A stretch of DNA of 64,000 nt from Phoronis australis. Lineage: Eukaryota; Animalia; Phoronida. The translations under genes and the position numbers were made by a program. Of this stretch, positions 1-12,800 are shown one piece after another. The notes below the pieces were generated by a model. That model was not told the origin of the DNA, searched no databases, and worked only from the letters and a program-made list of their open reading frames with translations. The stretch is from NCBI GenBank assembly GCA_002633005.1, contig NMRA01000548.1, positions 223,001 through 287,000 of the forward strand. Reading direction: 5' to 3'. The first letter of the stretch is position 1; every line of letters begins with the position of its first letter.

Positions 1-1540
1 TGCAAGACTTTATCAAAAGTGGCAATCGTTGTTGCATATCTCAATTTGGACATACAAAACTTTCTCTGCTCTTTCCAGTTTGAACAATACGGTGTGTCGG
101 ACAAGCCTGAAAATCGAAATAGCATAAAAATCAGTTCATAAGAGATCTACCATTGCTAAGAATGCAACTGCTTCTTGATCTTGTAGTTCGGGAGACTAAC
201 ACCTATGGTAGAAGCTACAAAACACAGTACGGTCTTCACTCGGGAATGTCAACATTGGGTAATCTCTCGATATGCCAGAAGCAGGCTTCTTTTGAAATCA
301 CATGGCAGCACATGACGGCGACATCCCGTTGCTCCCAACTTGTTCGATTCCATAGCCCAACAAGTTGGGAAGTTTACCCCCGTAGCCAATATCTTACACG
401 ACTGATTAACTCCATTCTGGCACTAGGGTTGGAGAGCCTGCGCTCTTTTGTTCGATAATTGCCAATAGCATTTCTGAATTCCTCGTCACATGTTGATCAT
501 GTTGCATTTTTGAATCACCAAAATCGCCCAACTACAACAGAATTTAAGACAATTTATTGTGTCCAAACGGATTACCAACACACTGCGTTCTGAATACGCG
601 TTCGGTAATAGCGTGCAACCACCATACATTTACTTTGAAGCTTGGGAGATAATTGACCTGCTTGTTATCATATGGCACAAAAAAGAGCCGGGCAGCTAAC
701 AAAAGAGCCAGATGTTATCGCACGTTCAGCACCCCTCACGTCTGGAAAAGTTACTGAACGACAGAACGCTGTAATGAATCAGGTCTAGACCAAATTTGAC
801 TCCTTCGTATTCGCAGCGTAATCGTGAAACATTCTGTAATATAATCCCACAATAGTTCTCCATGAATCTGTTAGGACTGGAAGTGCTCTAAATATACGTG
901 CTCCCTACAAACTGGAACATTCAAGACTTTTCGGTTGCATTTGAATCCGAAAACTATGACCATGATTTTTAAATTTCATCCACCGCCTTGCAGCGCCATT
1001 AGCCTCATGTGCGCCTGTGCGAAATTATGCTTATAATATACGCGAAGTTTAGGTGCATGCACCAATATGCGAACCACTATAGGGTAAAAAGGCAGCAAAA
1101 GGGTATTATTTCGCATGGGCGCCAAGGTGCTCCAATACAGATATAATACAAAACTTTTTACCAAGTTCCTTGAAAATACGCCAAGGAAACTAAAGACAAA
1201 CGTTAAAAATGCCATAAGGATCGCACAGCGGTCGGTAGTTGAAACGTGTGCGCCTTTACACAAATTAATGTATGTGGGCCTATACAGGGGATATTGCCTG
1301 GGCCTATATGCAAAGCTTATAGGCGCATGCGCCAACATGCGAATACATGATTGGTAAAAAGGCTGCGAAAAAGAAATCCTTTCGGATACCATGACAAGCC
1401 CATAGGCACGCCAATATACGTAGTATATTTGTAACAAATTTTAGGAGTTGGACAGAATATGAAAACAGGGTTCAAGATCGATGCAACACAAAGACAAACA
1501 ATACCCTGGTAATGAGAAATATGAAAAGTTTACTGAGTAC

Positions 1541-3133
1541 CTAGGAAGTGAGGATTGTGAAGCTGGATACGACGAAGTAATGGCCGACTCGATACAGCTC
1601 TCCCTTTAGATAGGAACTCTCTAACTGCAGACGGCCCATTCACGATTACCACATTACTGTAAGGTAAAGAACACCTGTGTCAAACATATGGCAATGGACA
1701 GGGGGCGCTCTGTCAATTGATGCTGGGCCAAATAGTATTGACATATCAATTTCATTCACTGATCTCAGTACTTAACAACGACTCGATGAAGTTTGCAAAG
1801 AGATTCGATAAACTGAGCCGGTCCGAAGTCACGACTAAAAGCCTAAAATTTGCATTTCCGAGGTACCTGCTGGCCTAACATCTTTATAAATTGGCTATTT
1901 CGAGATTCACTGACGCTTTCAGTTTCCGGCGGTGACGTGAGATCATTTCTAAACATGGCACCTCGACTGGAAAAAGTTTAATAAGAACAACGTTATAACT
2001 CATATCAGGCGACCCCACTTCATTGTTGTTTGAAAATTTGCAATTGGCAAACGAAGTAAATTCCAAAATAAGAAAATAAAAAACATCACCTTATTATACA
2101 TTAAAACTGTTTCGAACTCGGACCTTTTGTATAGGGCTCGCCTCGACTGAAATCAGTGCATGAATTTACCTAGAAAACAGGTTTTAGCGGTATTTGATAC
2201 TAAGAAGGCCTATGCAGTTGCTATTTAAGATCAAATATAAAGAAAGCTGTAACAGATCACTTCATGTTCGTCCAGCTTTTGATTTTATTCATGAAAATCG
2301 CAAAAGTCCAATGAATTTCTCATAGTGATAGCAATTCAAAAATTCCCAACAGCACGTTTTGACGCATATACAGTAGGCATATAGTGCAAGACTAGTACCG
2401 ACAGTTGTAAAGCCTGTGGACTCCGCCTAACCAGCCAGTCGAGGGGCTACAGCGTTGCTCAAAAGAGTCGTCTGAAAGTTCCACGCGAATCCAATCAGCC
2501 CGATTCCCGAGGTGACTTGATTCCGAAGTTTTAGTTCGACTGATGAGATCGGTCAGTACACAACGCCGGTACGAGACTTACACTGACATCTGTAGGGGAT
2601 TTCCTTTGACCTTATTTCAAGCCGGGAATTCAAGGTCATTCACTCAAAAATGGATTAGGCCTACTTCACCTTTGGGGATTGCTTTCAACGTTAGAGGCCT
2701 ACTGCACCCACACCAAAGAATTCTTGTGCCCGCGTTCAGCCTGTAACTAATCATCTGTCGTGTGCCCAAGCCAAAATTGGCAGAACATCACTTCTCACTG
2801 AATCGTAGGCAGTTTGCAACAAATCGGGTCAAAGCGGCACTCATTGCCGACAGAGTGAACGGTAGTTGCTTACCTGTTGTTGCGCTCAACAACAAAAATA
2901 TCTCCATACCGTCTCGCCAGCTCATGGTACGTAACGAAAATTGGGACATTTTGTCGTAGGAAAGGTGAAATTCCAATAAAAGGAGCAGGCGGAATATAAG
3001 GCCAATGATTCCATAACGGCAAGGTCCTTCCTGCTAATAACCATGCTAAGTTCCGACTGTAGGAAGCAGCCACGCGGTATAGTACAAGCAAGACTAACAC
3101 AGAACACACCACAAGAGTTGCGAAGTCGAACAT
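1541..3133 (-). CDS. Cytochrome P450, N-terminal two exons only (CYP2/CYP1-clan-like architecture); remainder not traceable
   Basis: Exon 3133-2874 encodes MFDFATLVVCSVLVLLVLYRV (membrane anchor)...WPYIPPAPFIGISPFL (Pro-rich hinge)...YHELARRYGDIFVV and ends AG|GTAAG. Exon 1656-1541 (CCTTACAG| ... G|GTACTC) continues in phase with NVVIVNGPSAVREFLSKGRAVSSRPLL, matching the P450 'VVxNGxxAVxExLxxxxxxFSxRP' segment. No heme motif seen in the window. Confidence 0.7.
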
Positions 3134-6100
3134 GAGTCTAACATGCGTCGTATAATTGTTCAAACTAGCCAATAAGAAAACGAATGCGTCCTTCATCAAG
3201 ACCGTAGTTAGTGAATGCCAGCTTGAAAGTATCAGCGGCTTCACGGTCATCACGTGACCACGAACGATTTGCGCCAACCGTGTATAACTTGCATGAATGG
3301 CGTGTCGGTAATTAACATATTACGTGCCCTGTACATATAGCACTAGTTGTTTTTCCATTTCCTTTTCAAAACAAATCTTCATCATCGACATAAAATGTCC
3401 ACTATAACTCGGAAAATATATATAAATAAAACATATATTTTCGTGTCATTCATTTGTTTAAATAAAAATTATTCTAAATAAAAAATATTCGATTTACGCA
3501 GTCACATATGCTACTTTTGATCGACTTTGTGGATTAAGCAACCAAGTTAAGAGGAGTTCTACGGTAGATTCCAGTAAGCTATATCACTGTGCCTGGTAAA
3601 GGGCAAACCACAGGCTGAGATGGGACCAAAAATAACAACTTCAAACTCTGATTCTTTACTTGCATCTTGGTGAAAAAATTAAAGCGATTCCGAAAATTAC
3701 CAACACTACAAAAAATTTGAAATAGTTGAAAATCAAAAGTTCAGAGTTAATACATGTACCACCTTAACCACCGTAAATATATGAATATGACATGGCCAAT
3801 GACCTTGAAACTATTTTTATTTGGAAATGTCATCCTGGAGCTCCATAAATACAGCAGAATGCAGGTGTGTTTCAACAGTTTACCACAGCAGCCATTTATC
3901 TTTGAGACAAAAACGACAGTATTATTGATAAACATTTACAGAAATGCATTTATTCATTTTTAAACAACTAACACTTAACAGCTGAAGGACCCACACAGTT
4001 CTCACATGCTCAAAGGAACATTTTTGTAGGACTGTCATCTGTAAAACTTGGACACTCACAAAACATTTTCATCGAGAAAGTATTTTAATATGAGCTCTTA
4101 AAAGCCAACATCATGGCTAACAATGTTCATAATAGCTTACTACTAAAATAAACAACTCTATTTTTACATGGAACAGTGATGACCGGCATGACATATGAAA
4201 GGACAACACAAGATGGAAATTAAAATGACAAAAAACGATGTATATACAATGATCTTTGAGCCCAACTGTCTCGAGATGAACATTAAACAAGTTGAGCGTT
4301 TATTTTACATTGATAAAAAAGATGTCTAATTCCATTAACAGGTAACATTCAAGTTGGCCAAACAAGTGATTTTTCACTAATTAAAAAATAATTCACTAGC
4401 CAATGTTAGCAAGCAATAAAATATTTTTACTAAAAAATTTGGGCTTTACCACACGGGTGATGGATAAAAAAGTTCATCATGAAACAATACATCTTCAAGA
4501 ACAGAATTACCACGCATATTTTACTTATAAATACTGTGCAACATCTATCTATACTAGTATCAGATATTGGCATATGTCTTAAACTTAAAAAGCACACATG
4601 TCTTAAAGCCTAACTTCAACGGAATTTTATCTTAGATGTATTGGGCTAACCAGGTAGTTCTAGCAAAGCAAGTTTAATCGAAAAAATAAGATAATGAGAA
4701 TTCAGTCACGTAAATGTAAGCCAGTCAAATGACAGGTGAAGCTGCCTACTTGTGCCATATTGCGTCACCGCGAGATCCCAGGCAAAACAACAAAAGACCG
4801 ATAACAGTTATATTGAATAGTGGTCTGAATAGGTCACCATTGCGGGCGGAAATAATAAAATGGGTATGTAACTATCGCAACCATTAAGCAATTAAAATAC
4901 AGGAGATGGCAATTTCTTGGTTTCAGATGAAACGGTAACAACTGGAATGGATCTTAACACCGATATGAAAATAATATTAACACTTTGACGAAAATTGATA
5001 AAGGTAACAAGGCAACCTAATGACATGTTACTACAATAAACTTAATTACCACTATATGCTAAATAGCCAAGCAAACAATACCAACATTAAATACATGTTC
5101 AAAAAATCTCAGCAGTTCCGGACACAATATACAGCACAAGAGAAAGTTTTATATCTTCAATTGTTCATAAAAGATAAGTAACACCAAATAAATGCTTATT
5201 GTTTTTAGTTCTAAACCAGAGCTACAACAGCACAATCCATTTTGAACAACTGCGGCCAGCAACAAAAATTTTAGGAGCTCTTCAAGAATGAAGATCAGAT
5301 AGTTATTTTGTCCCAAATTGGTGAGATGTTACAGTAACATGATGTTACAGTTGCAAATTTGGGTTCTCAAAGTTTAATACTAAAAAATATGGAATTTGAA
5401 AATATGAGCCCTTTAAGACCAGATCGACTGACTGCAACACATTACACCAAACAAGTGTGTTTGCGTATGGTGTGTGTGTGGGGGGGGGTGTGGTGCGGAG
5501 GTGTGGTGTGGGTAAGTGTATGTTTGTGGGTAATACACTTGTCACTGTAAGTGAATAACTGAGGGACAGTGAAAATATCGAAAACTATATAACACTCATG
5601 TGCCAGTCATAATTATACCGTCAACAAGACATTCAGAAATTGACTTAAACCTTCTACTGGGCATATCACCAGCTAGTCCCATGTTTGCATACAGACATTA
5701 CAGCATTGTGACTATGTACTGTAGGTTGACTGAGCTGTGTGGATCCTACTCCCAAGTTTTATGAACACTGAAAGATGGGGGAGTGCAGGGGTACATCTTC
5801 AGAAATCACGTCCAGCACACAAGTTTTCCTCAACAAAGGTAACAGTACTTAACAGACAACTTTTTTTCTGTAGTTTAACCCAAATAGATTTAACTTTACT
5901 GGGAGCAAAATTCACACTTTTACTATACTCATAACTACACACGAATTGAAGCCCATGGCATATGAAGGCAGATATGTTGTTTCAGATAGTATACAAATGC
6001 TCGATGCCAAGCGCTACATCAACTCGCTTAATGCAACCAGGCAAAATTTCCAGACTGGCAAAGAAGAACTGAGGTCGCCACACCCCTTTTGTAAGTGCCA

Positions 6101-6546
6101 AAAATGAAATGATTGAGATACCTGAAATGAAAAGCTGGCAAACTCGGCAAATGTCTGCCTATACTTGTGAGCTTGCCCTAATGAATTTTTTTTGCTGGAA
6201 CAGAAAATTAGGAGTGTCTCACATGTTGGGTAACGACCAATTTTCCCTCTCCTGAGCCCAATATCCCATGTTAAGGCTCGTCTTCGGAGGAAGACAAACA
6301 TAATTGTTTCCTTCTGTTTACTTCTTGTAGTATTTTGCATGCAAGCAGGATGGTGTGATGACTTCATAGCTATCCGGGATTTTTAAAACGAATTCTGAGG
6401 TTGCCTTGGTGAACAACAAATCGCCAAATTGAGCATAGCCTTAGTTTTGAATTCAAAACTCCTTCACTGGTACAGCCACACACAATACAAGTAGAACAAT
6501 AACTCTTAACATGTAATAGTATGAATCACAGCAACCACACTACATC

Positions 6547-6656
6547 GGTAATGGTCTGATATAATGCGCCCGAATTTTGAGAACCAGTTTTCTCCACTGA
6601 ATAACGGGCATCAAACTGGTTCTCAAAATGCGGGCACAATATGTCAGACTATTGCC
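6547..6656. mobile_element. 110-bp palindromic MITE with 9-bp TSD (Mutator/Merlin-type ends), just downstream of the NXF1 stop
   Basis: Long imperfect TIRs GGTAATGGTCTGATATAATGCGCCCG..TTTTGAGAACCAGTTT / AAACTGGTTCTCAAAATGCGGGCACAATATGTCAGACTATTGCC; CACTACATC on both sides (6538-6546, 6657-6665). Confidence 0.85.
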
Positions 6657-6831
6657 CACTACATCTATAATTTATTGAAACAACCTTTAACTAAAGCATC
6701 AAGTTCACATTGTGAACATGCAATAATCGTTCAGGTAAAAATGGCTAGCAGTGACGTGCAGCTCAAATCCGACGAAATACAAGTTGCAACTTTCCAGACC
6801 TGTTTCAAAAGGCCTGAAGACATAACATGGA

Positions 6832-9800
6832 TCAAACAAATGCCTCTTCTGGTATCTTCCCCTTTGACTTGAGGTCAAAATATGCTTTAGCTGCATTCTC
6901 GTAACTCCACTCATTCTGTTTCAAGCACCTGTCAACATAACATCAAGCACCTGTCAATGCAACATCAAGCACCTGTCGATACAACATCAAGCACCTGTCA
7001 ATACAACATCAAAATGTATGATAAGACAAGTCCCAAGGTATGTCCCTTATACTGTCTTATGATCTCACCCCATTGAAAGGTATTGGTCGCAACTTCAAGA
7101 TGCATCAGTTTGCATGGTTGCCATCGACTGTCAATCATATATTAACCAGACATCAACATTAATTTTTGTTCTCCACACAAAAATACTTTAACTAATCTTT
7201 CTATAAATCAACCACGTCAAAAAATTACTGTGAACTAAAGAGCAACTCATACTGCGGTCAACTACTCACCAAATATGATAACTGCATTTATTGCAAAAGC
7301 ATCGAAACAATTGAATACATTTGGTAATTAGCTGTGGAACAGTTACAGTTATTGTAAAATGCAAAAGTAGCCACAATGAACTCAATAGACTTGGTGAAAG
7401 GCACAAATAACCATTCTTGACATTGAAATTTGCTTCATCAACTTTGCTTGTCTTGACCGCAAGAATATGAAATTGGGTCAAATGAGTTGCTTCAATGTTG
7501 AATGTTTCCTAATCTTCATAACAGTCTGGATTAATGTTAATGTTCACGGTCATCTAAACACCCAACCTAACTTCGCTTTCAAACCCCATGTTCGGATATT
7601 TATAAACTTTGTTGATTCAGAAGCTTTTCAGTTTAAGCAACTTGGACATTAACCTTAACACAAGCAAGAAAACCCAACTATAAGTAGGGATTCTTCAGTT
7701 TGTGACACAATATGGCGGACAGGTGAAACTTCGTTGTGCCCAATTTCTCAATAAAAAATAGCTTTTCAGGAAAATTTACTTTACTGTAGCATGGTTTGCA
7801 TGATGAAACTATTACCAAACAACATTTGCTAAAAATTTTGAATCCTAGTAAATCACTGAAAAATAGAAATATGTCAATTTCACCCATTATCTTTATCCAA
7901 TTAACTCCATCTGGTGGTTTAGCAAAGTAACAACCTCTCATATTGTTTTGGCACATAGCATGACACCCCTTCAATTCCACCTTTCTCAGTTCAATTTTCA
8001 GCAAAAAATAAAAAAAAACACCGCTCTAACTTCTTGCTAGGCCCAGAAACCATTTGTAATCTAATTAATGCACAATTTGAGATCAACCAACTCGACTTAA
8101 CAGCGGTTTGTAAATGGCTCAATCCAAAACTAAGCATCTTTGACAACGAAATCGCAGAGGACAAACAAATTGAGGCTTTAAACACTGAACAAAGCTGTGT
8201 TTTTGAAAGGTCTGTGCCATACATGCAGGGAGGTCACTAAAATGAACAAGGAGAACTTACTGTTCCGAGAATGACACATTCATACCCGACTGTTGTGCAA
8301 ACTGACGGATCATCTCCTGCTTCAGAGCCTCTGACGGCTCATCCATGGGTGAGTTGACGGCGGTAGCAGCGGCCCCAGACACAGGGCTTGTTGATGGGGT
8401 CGGTGCAGGAACGGAGAAGGCGGCCTTGGGGAAGAAATGAAGGAAATGCTAGCCTTGGCAGAATGTTTAGAAATAAAACCACAGGTATCTGTCGTGAAAG
8501 ATGTTGATCCAATATATATCTGCACTTTCTGACTGTGAATTATGTTACCTTGAAATTCTGGCTAGGAAACCAAATAAATAACTTTAGTTCCATAAAGGTC
8601 TAACTATAAATTACAAACTTTTCATTAAGACAATTAGCATAACAGTTCTTAGAGAACATCACAACAGCTGATCAAAAAGTACGAATTAACAAAGTAAAAA
8701 AGCAAAATTCAATTTTCAGTTTTAGCCAGCTAAAGAGCACAAAGTGCAGCATTGAGTACCATTCTGTTAAAAATGTGTAAACTGCTAGAATAAAATTTAC
8801 TCCAGAAAACAAAACAGGTCTGCAACTTTTGAGTCGATTCTGTTGATAGAAAATGAATGTCTATCAAAACATGACGACATGAAAAAGAACATTACTGCCA
8901 GTCATCGGTCAATCCAGTTTATAGACCACACCACCTACCTTAGCCTGCTCCGGTGATACATTTGTAATATTCAGTTGGTCGTTTGATATTAGTATCCTAA
9001 AATGGAAAATAAAAGACCCAAATTCAACCTCACGTTAAACCGCAACAATAGCGATGACAGACTAGTGACCCGAAACTAAATCCACAGTCCCAAGGAGCCG
9101 CTGACTTCTCCACATTTGACATAGGCTTAAATCGATATCAAATATCAAAACTAAAGAGTGACTACGAACTTGTAACAGTAGCTCTTCACCCATTTAGCAC
9201 ACACTAAGGAGCATACGTGAGATTTTAGATCATTGAAACCTTCAAGAACAAGAGCAACTCAGAGCGTTGAAATGCGCCCACAATTGCACCGTATACGGTA
9301 TACTTCTAGGGTTGTTTATTGGTACCATAAAGTGGCCAGTAAAGGGCATATATGTAGTATGTTGTACTTTGCAAAATGGAAAGGCATGGTCACTGTCTCC
9401 TCAATAGGCTAGGGGCAAAATGTGAGTGATCTTCATAATACAAGCACATCCTATACATCAGTTGCTTAAAGCACCACAAAAACATAGAATTCAAAACAAA
9501 TTTACCAACATAAATTTAGTAAAGATCCTGCAAACGGTTTGGGAGATACAGCCATGGGCGCAAAAAAAAAACTGCCACTAGGAGGCGCCACAGTAATCAA
9601 AGTCATGGGAAATTCAGCGTCAACCGTCCTCTTCATAGTAAGAACAAACATGCCCAATTTTCACAATCATACTTAGAGCGGTTTGGTTGATAGAGGGGTG
9701 GACGCCAAAAAACAGACTCAAAAACAGTAAAAAAGGCTGCTGCGTGTCGCAAACTAGGTCGAATCCATCCGAAAACGGGAGGATAGCGTCATCTCACTAA

Positions 9801-12800
9801 TAGGTGCCTACATACCAAATTTCATGAAAATCCGTTCAGGGCTTTTGAAGATACAAAGGTAAGCGCAAAAAACTAAAATTGCCACTAGGGGGAACACCGG
9901 TAGTTGGATCCGTCCGAAAGTTCGCACATGCCGTCCAATTCATGAATGGAACATATGTGCCAAATTTCATGAACGTATGTCAAAGGGTTTTGGAGATAGA
10001 GCAGCGGACGCCGGACGGACACCGCCCGGACGGACAGAGATGACGACATAATGCGTCCACATATAAATATGTGGGCGCATAAAAATGAACAAAATAAAAC
10101 TTTCAGTCCATTATTTGTTTGCTTTGTACTGTATATGTGTCATAAAAGATCATTTGGTAAAGATTACATTATCTGCAACGAACTAATCTTGCCATGAAAA
10201 TAGAAAAATTTGGCAATTCCTTTGCGCGGAATAAGTGAAAAAAATATGCTGTTCTGTTGAAGGTAATAACACAACTGCAAAGGGCACAAAACATATTTTT
10301 GTCACGATTTCAAGAATTAATAAGAGCATCAACACTTCTCACATAATCTACTCACCCGCCACTCTCTGCTGGCACTGCTATGAAAGTTCGACTGAAGTGG
10401 CGATGAACACAGTCAGGTCCACGCTGGTTGTTGGGCTCCTTGAAAATACCACTAACAGTGAACGACAGGAGCGTAGGCTGGAATGAAGAGACAAGGTGCT
10501 TTGTCTGTGAAATGTTCGCCATAAATACACGTACAGGCATCACATGCACAGGCACGCATGCCCGTACGCACATGGATACATACAGGCCACAGAGTTCCTA
10601 TCCTCACAACAGACTGAAATTTAAAGCTACAGATACCGATATTCTGTAAAAGAAACAAACTCCATAATCAGATTTAATTCTATTTACGACAGTTAGAAAA
10701 CTGGCCATCAGTTGCTGCTTACTCAAATGAGAAGTGATTACTGGGATTGAAAACAACAGACAGTTGGTTATTGCGTGAGACCATCCTCGGCGCATAACAT
10801 GTCCTGCTGCAACAAGCCAACTCAAATAGCCCGGATGTATGCAATAACGAACTGATCGCTTTTTCCAAGCCCCGAAATAACCAATACAGAACAAATAGAG
10901 ACTCAATTTTATAACTGCAAATGGCAGTTTAAAAGATAAATTTGCACCCTTCTAACTAATATGCTAATGTACAGCAGGAACTTAATGGCAATGGCCCTTT
11001 AACATCGTCTACGCTAAACAAAATGCAGTTGTATTCATTGGCAACTGGCAAATGTGACATGGTTCAGTGATTTGTGCTGGATGATTTTTGCCACAAAACT
11101 CGTTCTTAAAAACATTTGGCAGTTTTCAACCTGCCTCATATTTACATTGTTGCTACATGTTGTACTTCCAACTAATTTGACCAAGCAATCACAGAGATAA
11201 GGAATTATCCAGCCAGTTCCAATTTAAAGCCAGTAAATACATTGCGACTTAAATCACGATATTTTCATCTTACAGTTCCTGCAGACAGAAAACAAACATT
11301 AAGGTGAGATGTGAAATCCACAGCTTCAGCAACGAGCGACACCAGTTCTAAACAAGCTACGGCCAGTAGAAAGTCTGCAGACAGTTATTACAGCATGGCA
11401 TTCTTACTACCAAGTCATGAGCACTTCCATCACGCTGAGACGGACAATCTTCCTTACTTACCAACGAGCATGTGACATCCAGTTTGAAGGAATTCAAGTC
11501 ATGAACCGTCTTTGGGAGGAGGGACAGTTGGGAAACCACATTCACCTTGCCCGACTTAAGAACTTTGAAACGTTTCTCTGCAAACGGATGGTGTTGAAAT
11601 TGACATTCAATCGTAGAATCTCAACACAAACAGTGCTGTATTCAGACGTACGTAATTCAAGGGCCCGTTCCACGACACTGATTCAAGTTCATCTTTGACT
11701 CAACTTTCAAACATCCAGTAAGATAGTCAAAATTAAGACAAAATGTAAGTCAAAAACGTTAAAGTCAAACTTAAGATCTCTTTCTTTAAATGGTCTTGAG
11801 ACAAATTTAAGTTTTATCTTAAAATTGACTGAAACTTGAAATTTATCACTCAGTTTTCTTGGAAGAAGCTCCAGGATATCCCACTCTTGTTTCCAAGTCA
11901 TCTGAGTAGATATAGACATCAAAAATCCCATAACAGCATTTCTCAATACAAAAACTGTGAGTCACCATTGCAGGGTGACCAACATTATTAAGTAAACAGC
12001 AACTCACGGGGGCGGGAAAGACCAACGACTTAAGAGGAAAATTTTCCAGGTGAGGAAACATTCCGTAAAAAGATTAGGTTTTTTGCATTACTAAAGTCAA
12101 AATAAAAAAGAGATGAAAAAAGAGGAAACTGGACATCAAATAAGAAGAAATCTAAACCAAAAAAGAGGAAATCATCTTAAAAGAGGAATTGGAATTCCAA
12201 GCTCTGGACTGAAGTGTGACGCAATGAATGACTTCTGGTCAAAGCTTCATTATTCAATGTTAACTTCATTGACATACCTCCGTGGAGTCTCTGCAAGTTG
12301 CGACTATCAGGGAGATACTCGGCAAAGTTGGCCTGCTTGTTGACGTTCTTAGCAAAGTAAATGGCTAGTGAGAATACAGCATCATTGTGGTACGCAGCCA
12401 ACAGGCTTTGTCGGTCATCGGAGTCGTACATCTTGAAGAACCTGTAGATGAAATGTCAATGAAGTCATCACCAACTCCCATTCAAATATAGTACTTCCAT
12501 GACCTTTACTAAACAAATCAAAAACACATCTTTAACTGCATTTGTATAAATGTATCGCTACAAAGTATATCATGACTGAGCAGGGCAGCAGCTCGGAATC
12601 CCTATATAAAGGAATGTGCAAAACATAAGCAAGTCACAAGGAAAGGCCCACACATTGTATTTACCAAACATTCAGACGTCCTAAATAGTAGTCACTAAAC
12701 TGGGGGGGGGGATTTCATCTACGGCGCAGCTGACACTATCCAAATGCATTGTGGGATGGTTGTCATCTCGTAAATATCTACCGACATCACACATAACTTG

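Noticed and set aside
976-1437. 153-aa minus-strand ORF as CYP exon 3
   Set aside because: No P450 motif, and it overlaps a short local duplication (about 1035-1095 versus 1305-1365).
5460-5530. TG/G-rich tract downstream of NXF1
   Set aside because: Simple microsatellite with no further structure.
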